This document shows, piece after piece, positions 9,126 through 18,739 of a stretch of 64,000 nucleotides of DNA (position 1 is the first letter of the stretch; each line of letters begins with the position of its first letter). Position numbers and translations under genes: made by a program. The notes below the pieces were generated by a model. The model did not search any database and had not been told where the DNA came from. It worked only from the letters and a program-made list of their open reading frames with translations. The DNA is taken from NCBI GenBank assembly GCA_039971015.1, contig JBDVKV010000024.1, positions 1,171 through 65,170 of the forward strand, in the 5' to 3' direction. This stretch comes from Cyclobacteriaceae bacterium (GTDB lineage Bacteria > Bacteroidota > Bacteroidia > Cytophagales > Cyclobacteriaceae).

Positions 9126-10370
9126 ATGACAAGACACACACTTTTATCTATAGTTTTAATCTTATTTCTCATTTCGTGCGGCAAAGAAAAAAAGAGCCTG
9201 GCTGAATTGGGTATTTCTTTGAAGAATGACGTTACTTTTTTAGCAAGTGACGAATTGGAAGGAAGAGAAATCGGTACGGAAGGAGAAAAGAAAGCTGCCT
9301 CCTACCTTGCAGACCGGTTCAAAGCGATCGGTTTGGCCCCGGCTGGTACAAATGGTTACACGCAGGTATTTGAAGTTACTCCGGCTCAAAACCCACACGA
9401 GCAGGCAAAAGTAGGTGCAGGAGGTGATTCGCTAACCATTGTAGGCACCAACATCGTAGGCATGATCGATAACCCTGGTGATGAAATAATCATCATAGGC
9501 GCACATTTTGATCATCTTGGTTACGGAGGGGTAAGTTCACTGTATCGCGGAGATTCTTTGGTACATAATGGGGCAGATGACAATGCCAGCGGAGTGGCTG
9601 TGATGATTCAACTGGCTGAGCTTTTAAAAAGTGAGCAATTGCAAAAAGACATTTTATTTATTGGCTTTTCGGGAGAGGAAGAAGGTCTTTGGGGTTCTAA
9701 CTATTTCAGTAAAAACCCAACCATTGACCTGAGCAAGGTAAGTGCGATGATCAATATGGATATGGTCGGAAAATTGGATGAGCAAAAAGCTCTGGCCATT
9801 CATGGTACTGGTACTTCCCCTTCATGGGAAGGCATTTTAAACAAATCGAATACTGATTCTATATCACTCCTATTCAGACCATCAGGAATCGGCCCTTCTG
9901 ATCACACTTCATTTTACCTTCAGGATATTCCGGTTCTGCATTTTTTTACCGGCCAACATGAGGACTACCACAAACCTACTGATGACTCAGAAAAATTGAA
10001 TTATGAAGGAATGGCCAAAATAGCCCTTATGATTGACCGGATAGTGGGTGAATTGAACACTGCTGACAAACTTGCTTTCACCAAAACCAAGGACGAATCG
10101 AGGGATACGCCTCGATTTACGGTTACGCTCGGTGTAGTACCGGATTATCTTTTTGGTGGAGAGGGTATGCGGATCGATGGTGTAACCGATGATAAACCAG
10201 CAGCAATAGCTGGGTTGCAAAAAGGTGATGTAGTTACCCAACTCGGAGACTTTGTAGTAGATGGAATGAACGGATACATGGAGGCCCTTTCCAAATTTGA
10301 AAAAGGTGCTGAGACTACCGTAAAAGTGAAGCGAGGAGATGAGGAACTCACCTTTCCAATTAAATTTTAA
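9126..10370 (+). CDS. M28-family aminopeptidase lipoprotein with C-terminal PDZ domain
   Basis: Lipobox LISC; IGAHFDHLG, NGADDNASG, FSGEEEGLWGS, SDH and DYHKPTDD; PDZ segment TLGVVPDY...PAAIAGLQKGDVV. Confidence 0.9.
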   Translation: MTRHTLLSIVLILFLISCGKEKKSLAELGISLKNDVTFLASDELEGREIGTEGEKKAASYLADRFKAIGLAPAGTNGYTQVFEVTPAQNPHEQAKVGAGGDSLTIVGTNIVGMIDNPGDEIIIIGAHFDHLGYGGVSSLYRGDSLVHNGADDNASGVAVMIQLAELLKSEQLQKDILFIGFSGEEEGLWGSNYFSKNPTIDLSKVSAMINMDMVGKLDEQKALAIHGTGTSPSWEGILNKSNTDSISLLFRPSGIGPSDHTSFYLQDIPVLHFFTGQHEDYHKPTDDSEKLNYEGMAKIALMIDRIVGELNTADKLAFTKTKDESRDTPRFTVTLGVVPDYLFGGEGMRIDGVTDDKPAAIAGLQKGDVVTQLGDFVVDGMNGYMEALSKFEKGAETTVKVKRGDEELTFPIKF

Positions 10371-10424
10371 GGTAAGCGTGTTTAACATTTTCTTATCCCA
10401 AAGAAGGTATTAATTTGCTGGCTG

Positions 10425-11525
10425 ATGGATAATTTTGTTGTATCGGCCAGAAAGTATCGCCCGCTCGGATTTGATGAGGTTGTAGGCCAGGAGCATATTA
10501 CCACCACACTCAAAAACGCGATCGATAACAATAAGCTTGCGCAGGCTCTTCTCTTCTGTGGCCCAAGGGGAATCGGGAAAACTACGTGTGCCCGGATTGT
10601 GGCCCGAATGATCAACGGATTTGAAGAGAAAGCAGAAGTAAATTCGCTTAACATTTTCGAATTAGACGCAGCCTCTAACAATTCAGTAGAGGATATCCGC
10701 AACCTGATCGATCAGGTACGGTACCCGCCTCAATTCGGAAAATATAAAGTCTATATCATTGACGAGGTTCACATGCTTTCCAATTCAGCATTCAATGCTT
10801 TTTTGAAAACGCTGGAAGAACCACCTCCCTATGCCATTTTTATTCTTGCCACTACGGAGAAGCATAAAGTAATCCCTACTATCCTTTCTCGTTGTCAGAT
10901 ATTTGATTTCAACAGAATTCAGGTGTCCGACATCAGCAGACAGCTAAAAAAGATTGCCGATCGAGAGAAAATAGCTGTAGAAGAGGAAGCACTCCATCTT
11001 ATTGCTCAAAAGGCGGATGGGGCTCTTCGCGATGCCCTCTCCATTTTTGATTTAATGGTCACCTTTTCCTCCGGTAAGGAAGTGACCTTCAAGGACGTAC
11101 TGAACAATCTGCATATTCTCGACTACGACTATTATTTCCAGGTGGTGGATAGTTTACTGGCAGAGAATATGAGTCAGCCATTGCTGCTACTGGATGAGAT
11201 ATTGAGAAAAGGATTCGATGGTCACAATTTTATCGGAGGATTCAGCGAACACATCAGAAACCTTTTGGTGGCACAGGATGCACGCACCATCGACCTGATG
11301 GAGGTGCCGGATGTAACCAAGAAAAAATATATGGAGCAAGCGGGATCAGCATCTCCTTCTCTCCTTTTGTCATGGCTCAGCATTGCTAACCAGTGCGATC
11401 TAAGCTATAAAGCCAGTAAAAACCAGCGCCTTCTTGTGGAGTTGGCACTGATGAAAATGGCACATGTAAATGCAGTTGTGAAACCCACACCTTCTGAAGA
11501 GGCAGTAAAAAAAAAAGTGAAGTAA
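10425..11525 (+). CDS. dnaX: DNA polymerase III gamma-like short product (zero frame, 366 aa)
   Basis: ARKYRP, GPRGIGKTT (Walker A), IIDEVHMLS and SRCQ. The frame ends ...AVKKKVK* just after the A10 run. Confidence 0.95.
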   Translation: MDNFVVSARKYRPLGFDEVVGQEHITTTLKNAIDNNKLAQALLFCGPRGIGKTTCARIVARMINGFEEKAEVNSLNIFELDAASNNSVEDIRNLIDQVRYPPQFGKYKVYIIDEVHMLSNSAFNAFLKTLEEPPPYAIFILATTEKHKVIPTILSRCQIFDFNRIQVSDISRQLKKIADREKIAVEEEALHLIAQKADGALRDALSIFDLMVTFSSGKEVTFKDVLNNLHILDYDYYFQVVDSLLAENMSQPLLLLDEILRKGFDGHNFIGGFSEHIRNLLVAQDARTIDLMEVPDVTKKKYMEQAGSASPSLLLSWLSIANQCDLSYKASKNQRLLVELALMKMAHVNAVVKPTPSEEAVKKKVK

Positions 11526-12109
11526 ATCCAGATCTTAAGACAGAGGAAGCTCCAGTTCCTTCATCACCTCCTCCGACAACACCATCAACTCCAACGCCCA
11601 GCCATCCTCAACCCATACCTTCGAAAACGAAGCCGCCTGGGAGGCAAAAATTAACCCCAAGCCTTGCTGATCTTGCCAACGGAAAATCAAAAGCAGCAGA
11701 GGAAGCACCCAAAGAAGATATTAACCCAAAAGAAACCTCCACGGCAAATGACAAACCTGTCACATTAGAAGCATTAAAAATTGCCTGGGACGAGTTTACT
11801 GAGCAAAGAAAATCACAGGTAGGAGAATACCATTTGCTAAAGCAGGAATTTCATTTTGAAAACAACCTCGTTACTATTCATCTGACTAACCCGGTAGAGG
11901 AGCCTCTTTTACAAACTATTCGTAATCCGCTTACTGAATTTTTACGGGAAAGGCTCGGGAACAGAAGTCTCAATGTAACCAGTCAGATTCGAGAGATACA
12001 AGCACAAAAGATAGCTTATACCAACAAGGAAAAATTTGATAAGCTAACTGAACGAAACCCCGTACTAAAAGAATTAAAACAAAGGCTGGATCTTGATACT
12101 GATTTTTGA
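10425..12109 (+). CDS. dnaX: DNA polymerase III tau, full length (about 561 aa) via -1 frameshift/slippage at the A10 run
   Basis: The -1 frame is open from 11516 (SEVNPDLKTEEAPVP...) to TGA 12109. It encodes a Pro-rich linker and a tau-type C-terminus (AYTNKEKFDKLTERNPVLKELKQRLDLD). Confidence 0.8.
11507..11516 (+). other. A10 slippery site (candidate programmed frameshift or transcriptional slippage)
   Basis: GT AAAAAAAAAA GTGAAGTAA at the junction of the two dnaX frames. Confidence 0.75.
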
Positions 12110-12113
12110 AAAA

Positions 12114-13226
12114 TCAGATTCTGATATAAATCTTTTTTCGGTCCATCCAATACACAATACCCCAACAAATCGCCAATGCACTCAAGGCAAACATAAAAGA
12201 ACCGAAATAATCTCCAAACAAGGGCTGATATCCCTGTTGATAAATCCAGTGATAGAGTTTCTGGTCTCCTACTCTAAAAAAGAAAAGGAGAATAACACCA
12301 ACCATTGATAATACGTAAATGAAAAGCGGGTTTTTACCCAATACTTCAAATGGGTATGTCCATCTAGCTATTTTCTGTAAGTCTATTATATAAATCAATA
12401 TGGATAGTACCAACAAATCAACACCAACCGTGTAGATCACGTAACTGCTTGTCCATAGCTTTTTATTGATTGGGAAAAATAGATCCCACCACAATCCAAA
12501 GAAGATAAGAACGCAACCCATAACCATAAGGTGAGTAACGGTCTGATACGAAACGCCTCGCCTTATAACAAAAATACCAACACAATATCCTGCAATGACA
12601 TTCACTACAGCAGGTAGTGTACTCAATATCCCTTCAGGATCAAAAGCAATACCCTCGCCATGAAACATATGCTGATCACCTAATATCCATTGATCTAATT
12701 TTAAAATGGCATTGCCTTCAAGTGTTAAGTCCCCAAAAGCCAGTAGAATAAATCTATAGGCTATTAAAATAAAAAGGCTAACCAAAAGGGCACCATTTAT
12801 TTTTGCATAATGAATTATTAAGGACGCCAACCAATAAGCCAATGCAATTCGTTGCAGCACACCAAATATTCGGGTAGTAGAAAAAGATTTAACAATGAGA
12901 TCACCCTCTGCATTGTATTTCACAAATGGAAACCAAAACATGAAATACCCGATTAAAAAGATAATGAGGAATCGCTTAGTTACTTTCATTAAAAAGGAGC
13001 GCTCGCCCAACGATTCCATTTTGGAAAACCCAAAACTCATGGCATTACCCATCACAAATAAAAAAGTAGGAAACACCCAGTCAGTGAGGGTTAACCCATG
13101 CCAATCTGCATGTAGAAAGGGAGCATAAGTGGTGATGTAATTGCCAGGTGTATTGACTACAATCATTAATGCGATCGTCAGTCCACGCAATACGTCAATG
13201 GAAACAAAACGGTTAGTGAAATCCAT
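12114..13226 (-). CDS. HGSNAT/NagX-like membrane acyltransferase (DUF5009/DUF1624 type)
   Basis: RFVSIDVLRGLTIALMIVVN, HADWHGLTLTDWVFPTFLF, GVLQRIAL, DPEGILSTLPA and PINKKLWTSSY. Confidence 0.88.
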   Translation of the reverse strand: MDFTNRFVSIDVLRGLTIALMIVVNTPGNYITTYAPFLHADWHGLTLTDWVFPTFLFVMGNAMSFGFSKMESLGERSFLMKVTKRFLIIFLIGYFMFWFPFVKYNAEGDLIVKSFSTTRIFGVLQRIALAYWLASLIIHYAKINGALLVSLFILIAYRFILLAFGDLTLEGNAILKLDQWILGDQHMFHGEGIAFDPEGILSTLPAVVNVIAGYCVGIFVIRRGVSYQTVTHLMVMGCVLIFFGLWWDLFFPINKKLWTSSYVIYTVGVDLLVLSILIYIIDLQKIARWTYPFEVLGKNPLFIYVLSMVGVILLFFFRVGDQKLYHWIYQQGYQPLFGDYFGSFMFALSALAICWGIVYWMDRKKIYIRI

Positions 13227-13280
13227 AAGAACTTAAAATAGGGAATAGTCTACAATTACGCTATCCTTTTTCTTGACCAA

Positions 13281-13312
13281 AAAAAAGATCAGCCATTTGA
13301 CTGATCTTTTTT
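13281..13312 (-). terminator. Intrinsic terminator of the hmuTUV-hemS unit
   Basis: AAAAAAGATCAG-8 nt-CTGATCTTTTTT hairpin 18 nt past the hemS stop. Confidence 0.85.
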
Positions 13313-13330
13313 ATTAAATTTCATTATCAA

Positions 13331-14410
13331 TTACACCTTTGGAAGGCCGTCCACCAATTTTCTCCATGATTCCAATTCAGGTATACCCGGCTTCCTTAAA
13401 CCAAAAAACTGAACTATCATTTCCTTATTGGCATCAAACACTTCTATTGCCGTAACTACTCCGTCTTCAGTTGGTTTTTTCACAACCCAAATGCTATCAA
13501 CTAAATCTTCTCGAAGGTGCATGTTGCAATCAGGGTCAAGTACATTCAACCAATTGTCCATTACTTTAATGGTGTTCACCTTTCCCTGATGGATTTGAAT
13601 ATTCCCCTTGTTGCCAACAAAAATCATGATGGGCATTTTTTCGCCAGATGCCTTGTCCAACATCAGTTTGAGTGAATCTTTTTGAAGGCGATAGGTAAAC
13701 TCTCCTTCAGCCAAAATAACAGCATCAAGTCTGTTCACCTGATGTTTGCGAATCATACCAAAAAAATCATGAGTATCTTTCATGCTCCCCCAATCTGAAA
13801 TCAAACCAGCCTTATCCACCTCGCCAATTGCTTTAGTGGGCTGAGCTGGAGTAGCCTTTACCTCGATATCAAGAGTTTGCTCAGCTGCTTTAAAGTCCGC
13901 AACCAACTTTCTATAGGCTTCCAAGTCGCTTCCTTTCCTATTTTCAGTAGCTTCTTGTAAAAATACTTTCATTACAGCTTCACCCGCTCCATCAAAAATC
14001 TGAATACTTCTCATCCATCCCCTTGGAGTTTCTTGCTCTACGGCAAACCCATATTTCCAACCACTAAAGAAAACGCGTGATTCAATAGGGCCAATAACAG
14101 TTGCCATTTTAAATGGCCCTTGGCTCATGATATCAATCTTCTGGAAAGGTCCTTTGTTTTCCAATACGCAACCTTCATTGCGCGTTAACGACATCACTCT
14201 TCCCAGCTCCGGAAGGCGCTCCAGTAATTGAGTCCAGTCGCCTTCCAATTTAGTCGTGTAATCACCGATGGTCGTGGCCAACAATTCCGCCTCACTTACT
14301 TTCAATGCTGCAGCACAATCGCGAATGCGCATGCCTGGTTTTTCTTGTTTTAATTTATCCCACGCAGCCCTAAGCGCTGACGGTTGTTGTGCTATACTTG
14401 TAGTACTCAT
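13331..14410 (-). CDS. hemS: HemS/ChuS-family heme-binding/degrading protein
   Basis: RIRDCAAALKVSEAELLA, MSLTRNEGCV, RSIQIFDGAGEAVMKVF, THDFFGM (heme-ligand His region), IMIFVGNKGNIQIHQG and QFFGLRKPGIPE. Confidence 0.93.
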   Translation of the reverse strand: MSTTSIAQQPSALRAAWDKLKQEKPGMRIRDCAAALKVSEAELLATTIGDYTTKLEGDWTQLLERLPELGRVMSLTRNEGCVLENKGPFQKIDIMSQGPFKMATVIGPIESRVFFSGWKYGFAVEQETPRGWMRSIQIFDGAGEAVMKVFLQEATENRKGSDLEAYRKLVADFKAAEQTLDIEVKATPAQPTKAIGEVDKAGLISDWGSMKDTHDFFGMIRKHQVNRLDAVILAEGEFTYRLQKDSLKLMLDKASGEKMPIMIFVGNKGNIQIHQGKVNTIKVMDNWLNVLDPDCNMHLREDLVDSIWVVKKPTEDGVVTAIEVFDANKEMIVQFFGLRKPGIPELESWRKLVDGLPKV

Positions 14411-15216
14411 GAGTTTACTGTTATTGATGATGAAATATTAAATTCGTTTTCTGGAACAATGTAGGGGCAGTTGGTGCAAGGATCGTTATAAACATTCACC
14501 TTACAGCAAAACGTTTCTTCAATTATTGGCTTTGTGAAAATTTCCCTGGGGCTGCCTTTCGCAGCTATATGCCCATCCTTTAGTAAATACAGCTGATCTG
14601 CAAATTGGGAAACTTGATTTAAGTCATGCACGATGGCCAGCACTCCAATATTTCGGGCGCAAGCTTTTTTCACTAAACCAAAAATGAGTTGTTGCCTCGC
14701 AATATCTAAACTTGATGTAGGCTCATCCAAAAGTATGTACCTGGGGAAATCTTGTTCCTCCCACACTTGAGCCAGTACACGCGCCAGCTGCACACGTTGC
14801 TGCTCTCCTCCTGACAATGTCAGATAGTTTCTCTCTCTCAAATTGTGTGTCCCAGTCAAATCCATGACTTCCTCCAACAGGGTACCATTGATGTTTTTTG
14901 ACCTACCGCTGTACTGTCTTCCCATTTCTACCACTTGTTGAACGGAGAAGGGAAATTGAAGGTGAGTATTTTGAGGCAACACCGCCCTGACTTTTGCAAG
15001 GGCAATTGCCGTATAATTATTTATGGCTTTTCCATTCAATAATACACTTCCCCGATAACCCTGTGTCTCGTTGGAAATTATTTTCAAGAAAGAACTTTTA
15101 CCCGCTCCATTGGGTCCGGCCATTGCTGTGAAGGATCCCGGTTGAACATCTACATTCACCGAATTCAATATGGCTCTTCCATTTTTTGTTAACGATATGT
15201 TGCTGGCAGCTATCAT
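14407..15216 (-). CDS. hmuV: Heme ABC transporter ATP-binding protein
   Basis: GPNGAGKSS, LSGGEQQRVQLARVLAQVW, LDEPTSSLDIARQ and IVHDLN. Confidence 0.92.
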   Translation of the reverse strand: MIAASNISLTKNGRAILNSVNVDVQPGSFTAMAGPNGAGKSSFLKIISNETQGYRGSVLLNGKAINNYTAIALAKVRAVLPQNTHLQFPFSVQQVVEMGRQYSGRSKNINGTLLEEVMDLTGTHNLRERNYLTLSGGEQQRVQLARVLAQVWEEQDFPRYILLDEPTSSLDIARQQLIFGLVKKACARNIGVLAIVHDLNQVSQFADQLYLLKDGHIAAKGSPREIFTKPIIEETFCCKVNVYNDPCTNCPYIVPENEFNISSSITVNS

Positions 15217-16286
15217 CTGATCATTAGTTCTTGTTTGGACTTAGCTCTCAATAAAAGAGTAATAAATACAGGAGCCCCAATTAATCCAGTTACAACCCCT
15301 ATGGGCAGTTCTGAAGGCGCTACAACAGTACGTGCAATAAGGTCCGCAACGATCAATAGAATGGGGCCACCCAAAAGTGATGCAGGCAAAATCAATCGGT
15401 TGTCGGCATGAAAAGTAATTCTGATCAGATGAGGTACTACTAAACCAATAAATCCAATTACACCAGAAAGAGAAACACTCACACCTACAGCCAAGGCACA
15501 CAGCACAATAATTAGTTTTTTCACCTTTTCTACATCCACTCCCATATGAAATGCCTCCGCTTCTCCTACCGCGATGGCATTCAACTCATTGGGAAAAAGT
15601 AACAGCCACACTGTAGCAAAAATCAGGATAGGTGCCGCCACCCAAAGTTTCTCCCATGAAGCACCACCAAGATCTCCCAATGTCCAGAAAGTGAATGTGC
15701 GCAACTGATTTTCATCTGCATAAAATATTGCATATCCAATAAGCGCAGCGGCAAGTGCATTGACAGCCACACCACCTAATATCAATACAGCAATGTTTGT
15801 TTTTCCTACCTGCTCACTTATTTTCATCACCAGATAGGTGGCCAGTAACCCGCCACCAAAAGCAATTACTGGAACTATAAAATGACCTAGTACAGAATTG
15901 GCTTCAATAAATGAAGAACCGAACACAATCAAAACGACCATTCCTAACGCGGAACCACTCGACACACCAATTAGGCCTGGCTCTACCAATGGGTTTCTGA
16001 ATAAACCCTGAAGAGCCGCTCCACTTACAGCCAATGCTGCGCCTATTAATACTGTCATCACCAATCTTGGCAAACGAATACTCCAAAGTACAGCTTCAAA
16101 TACCTCATTGACTTGAAAGGAAAACAGGCCCGTCTTGTTCAATACTATTTTTAAAATGTCTCCAACAGGAATAACAACCTGTCCTATGCTTAAAGAGATA
16201 AGAAAAAGAGCAATTAATAATGCCGAAAGCCCGGAAAGTATTGCCGGGTTTTTTACTTGCTTCAAAGTAAGCACGGCAGTCGCCAT
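15213..16286 (-). CDS. hmuU: Heme ABC transporter permease (FecCD family)
   Basis: IRLPRLVMTVLIGAALAVSGAALQGLFRNPLVEPGLIGVSSG, GFIGLVVPH and ELPIGVVT. Confidence 0.92.
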   Translation of the reverse strand: MATAVLTLKQVKNPAILSGLSALLIALFLISLSIGQVVIPVGDILKIVLNKTGLFSFQVNEVFEAVLWSIRLPRLVMTVLIGAALAVSGAALQGLFRNPLVEPGLIGVSSGSALGMVVLIVFGSSFIEANSVLGHFIVPVIAFGGGLLATYLVMKISEQVGKTNIAVLILGGVAVNALAAALIGYAIFYADENQLRTFTFWTLGDLGGASWEKLWVAAPILIFATVWLLLFPNELNAIAVGEAEAFHMGVDVEKVKKLIIVLCALAVGVSVSLSGVIGFIGLVVPHLIRITFHADNRLILPASLLGGPILLIVADLIARTVVAPSELPIGVVTGLIGAPVFITLLLRAKSKQELMIR

Positions 16287-17123
16287 TTATTGTTTTTGTA
16301 TTTCAGGATGAAGCAGAAGGGTAAGTTCTTTTACCGCCTCGCCCAATCTTGGTCCGAAATTCGAAAGCTTGATTCCTTCTACTGCAATTATTTGTTTTTT
16401 TCTACCCGCTGTAGTCTGTGCAACGCCTTGAATTTTTAATGCTCCGTTCACCCCACCCAGGCTTTCCAATCCAGACTCAAAAAATAATATATAATCAGGA
16501 TTGGAAGCAATTAAGGCCTCGCTGTTCAGTGCTTTGTACCCTTGCACTCCTTTTATGGCGCTGGTCGCTCCCACAAAAGGGAAAATATCAGCGAAGGTTT
16601 TTTCACCTGCTACATTAACAAGCGCAGTACCTCTGTTATGAACCCCCAATACCCTCGGAGTGGTCTTGGATTGAGCCACCCATGATTGTGCCTCCGCCAA
16701 CTCCCCTTCTATTTTGGCGATTAATTGCTCAGCCTCAGCATTTCTATTGAGGGCTTTACCAATACCTCTTATGGCTTCTTTGGTTCCCTCAAAGGTGTAT
16801 TTCTGTTCTACAGAAACGATAGTAACACGGGAAGATCGAAGTTGGGAAAGTACTGCCTCATCCACATAATCTTTCTCTACAATGACCAAATCAGGTTGAA
16901 GGCTTAGAATTCCCTCTGCATTGATGGCGGATCGATAGCCGATGGAGGGCAAACTTTGAATATGGGCTGGATATAAACTGGTACGATCGCTGGCTACAAT
17001 CTTATCACAATCCCCCAACGCACAAACCGTTTCCGTTACTACACTACCAGCGGTGATCACCCGAATCTGGCCAAAAACAACGTTTGAACACAGCAAAACC
17101 GCACTTATCAATAAAAATCTCAC
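16287..17123 (-). CDS. hmuT: Heme ABC transporter periplasmic binding protein
   Basis: ITAGSVVTETVCALG; LPSIGYRSAINAEGILSLQPD (heme-ligand Tyr motif of HmuT/PhuT); FGPR. Confidence 0.9.
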   Translation of the reverse strand: MRFLLISAVLLCSNVVFGQIRVITAGSVVTETVCALGDCDKIVASDRTSLYPAHIQSLPSIGYRSAINAEGILSLQPDLVIVEKDYVDEAVLSQLRSSRVTIVSVEQKYTFEGTKEAIRGIGKALNRNAEAEQLIAKIEGELAEAQSWVAQSKTTPRVLGVHNRGTALVNVAGEKTFADIFPFVGATSAIKGVQGYKALNSEALIASNPDYILFFESGLESLGGVNGALKIQGVAQTTAGRKKQIIAVEGIKLSNFGPRLGEAVKELTLLLHPEIQKQ

Positions 17124-17128
17124 TATTG

Positions 17129-17145
17129 TTTAGATTTAATCTAAA
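17129..17145. promoter_or_regulatory. Fur-like box upstream of hmuT
   Basis: Perfect 8-1-8 palindrome TTTAGATT-T-AATCTAAA, 5 nt from the hmuT start. Confidence 0.7.
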
Positions 17146-17168
17146 TAAAGCTCAAATAACCCCACTAT

Positions 17169-17185
17169 TTAGAATTAATCCAAAT
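17169..17185. promoter_or_regulatory. Second, degenerate Fur-like box upstream of hmuT
   Basis: TTTAGAAT-T-AATCCAAA, same consensus with 2 mismatched pairs. Confidence 0.55.
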
Positions 17186-17224
17186 ACAAACATTGAAAAA
17201 ATGCCAGGCCTTGGAAAAATGATT

Positions 17225-17258
17225 AAAAAAAGGCCTGAACTCAGTAAGAGTTCAGGCC
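17225..17258 (-). terminator. Intrinsic terminator after hmuY
   Basis: GGCCTGAACTC-5 nt-GAGTTCAGGCC (11-bp stem) followed by T7 on the minus strand. Confidence 0.88.
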
Positions 17259-17291
17259 ATGAATTAAAACCATGAAAAAATCAATAAATTC

Positions 17292-18713
17292 TTAGCTCCC
17301 TCCTTTCACCAACTCAAAGTCGAAGGCTGGTTTGCCTCTCTCTCCAGATTGAAGTAGGGCTGTGAACTTCAGCTTGAAAACGTTTCCGTCAGCATCTTTA
17401 ATAATGTAAAAGCGATCGCTCTTAAGGGCAGGGGAAGAAAAAGGACCTCCTCCAGATCTCCAACTTGAGCCTATATTGGTTTGAGAAGTTCCAAAAGCAA
17501 TTCCCGCGAGATTTGCCTCAGTAAAATTCTCATAAGCAATATCAGCAGTTAACACCTGAGCTGTCTCCGTTCCATTTACGTTCTGTAGAATCATATCCTG
17601 GAAATAGTAAGGTACCGGGCCTGTACCAAAGTCGGTAGAATTGGCAAAGGCGGTCCAGGCAATATCCCATTTTTCTTTAGCTGGCTCTACATCCACGGCT
17701 CCGTTGGCCATACTTACATATTGAAAAGCATATTTTGAATCCTTGGTTATCTGAATTTCTGAAAATGTAGTGGCAGATATATCAGCGTGTTGTAAAGTAT
17801 AGCCCGTTCCGTTTCTGACAATTCTTATTTTCTTCCATCCTAAATCCGTTGGTGTTGAACCAGGACCGCTTCCTCTATTTACGATATAAACTTTATTCTC
17901 AGCTGCGGTAGCAGATATAGCCGCAATGGCTGTGCCATTTAAATCTCCAGTGGGATCGTCAATCCAGGTAATCGCCTCTGGCACCCAGGACGGAGGTGTG
18001 TCTGAAGTGATTGCTGCAAAAACTGCATCCAGTGACAGTTGTAAGCCAAAGCCAACGGTATCATTTGCAGTTACTGCATTAAGATCAGTTTTATCAAGTG
18101 CCTTTACCATCATTCCATTAGACGAATTGAGAATCACTCTGAAATCGCTGCCTGAACTAAAACCAAAATCCCAGGTTGTTCGCTCAATAGCAGTTTGACG
18201 CTTAGCGCTTAAATCGATAAACACCTTGTTAGGATAATTTTCTCCTCCGCCATTAATATTTATTGATCCGCTCAGTGCTAAAATTTCCCCAAATGATAAT
18301 GACAAAGAAGATTTTGATCCAACTACTAATGATTGCACCGTAGAGGCTAGAGTAAATGAAATTGACTCGTCACCATCCAGCAAAAGATCTTCTGCCTTAA
18401 TTACCTTGAACGATACGGATGAAGAGGATGCAGGAACATCTATGGATATAGTACCATCAGCGCCTGTAGGATCGGTGGTAAAATCTGTTCCGTATTCAAT
18501 ACCTGTTGTCTCATAAGACAAAGATATAGTTCCCGCTTCTGTAGTTTCTCTGGAGAAGTTAATGTTTATAGTCAATTCAGTATCGTCAGCACCAAACCCC
18601 AATTGATCTGATTCAAATTCGATGGTATTATCAGGAAGTTGCAATTCATCTTCACATGCTGTGACGCCAATAGTGAATAAAGCAATGAATATATATTTAA
18701 AAAGATTAGACAT
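17292..18713 (-). CDS. hmuY: HmuY-family lipoprotein with N-terminal Calx-beta/Ig-like domain
   Basis: Lipobox VTACEDE; C-terminal HmuY features (VFIDLS, WDFGF, WDIAWT, FYIIKDADGNVFKLKF); gene lies directly downstream of the TBDR. Confidence 0.8.
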   Translation of the reverse strand: MSNLFKYIFIALFTIGVTACEDELQLPDNTIEFESDQLGFGADDTELTININFSRETTEAGTISLSYETTGIEYGTDFTTDPTGADGTISIDVPASSSSVSFKVIKAEDLLLDGDESISFTLASTVQSLVVGSKSSLSLSFGEILALSGSININGGGENYPNKVFIDLSAKRQTAIERTTWDFGFSSGSDFRVILNSSNGMMVKALDKTDLNAVTANDTVGFGLQLSLDAVFAAITSDTPPSWVPEAITWIDDPTGDLNGTAIAAISATAAENKVYIVNRGSGPGSTPTDLGWKKIRIVRNGTGYTLQHADISATTFSEIQITKDSKYAFQYVSMANGAVDVEPAKEKWDIAWTAFANSTDFGTGPVPYYFQDMILQNVNGTETAQVLTADIAYENFTEANLAGIAFGTSQTNIGSSWRSGGGPFSSPALKSDRFYIIKDADGNVFKLKFTALLQSGERGKPAFDFELVKGGS

Positions 18714-18739
18714 GATTAAGTATAGATTAGTTGTTGTGT

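Noticed and set aside
11540-11565. Possible frameshift-stimulating hairpin downstream of the dnaX A-run
   Set aside because: Pairing is short and imperfect (GAGGAA/TTCCTT) and about 27 nt from the slip site, too far for a typical stimulator.
11834-12109. 91-aa ORF as an independent gene
   Set aside because: The frame is open back to the dnaX A10 run and encodes the tau C-terminus; the TTG start is internal.
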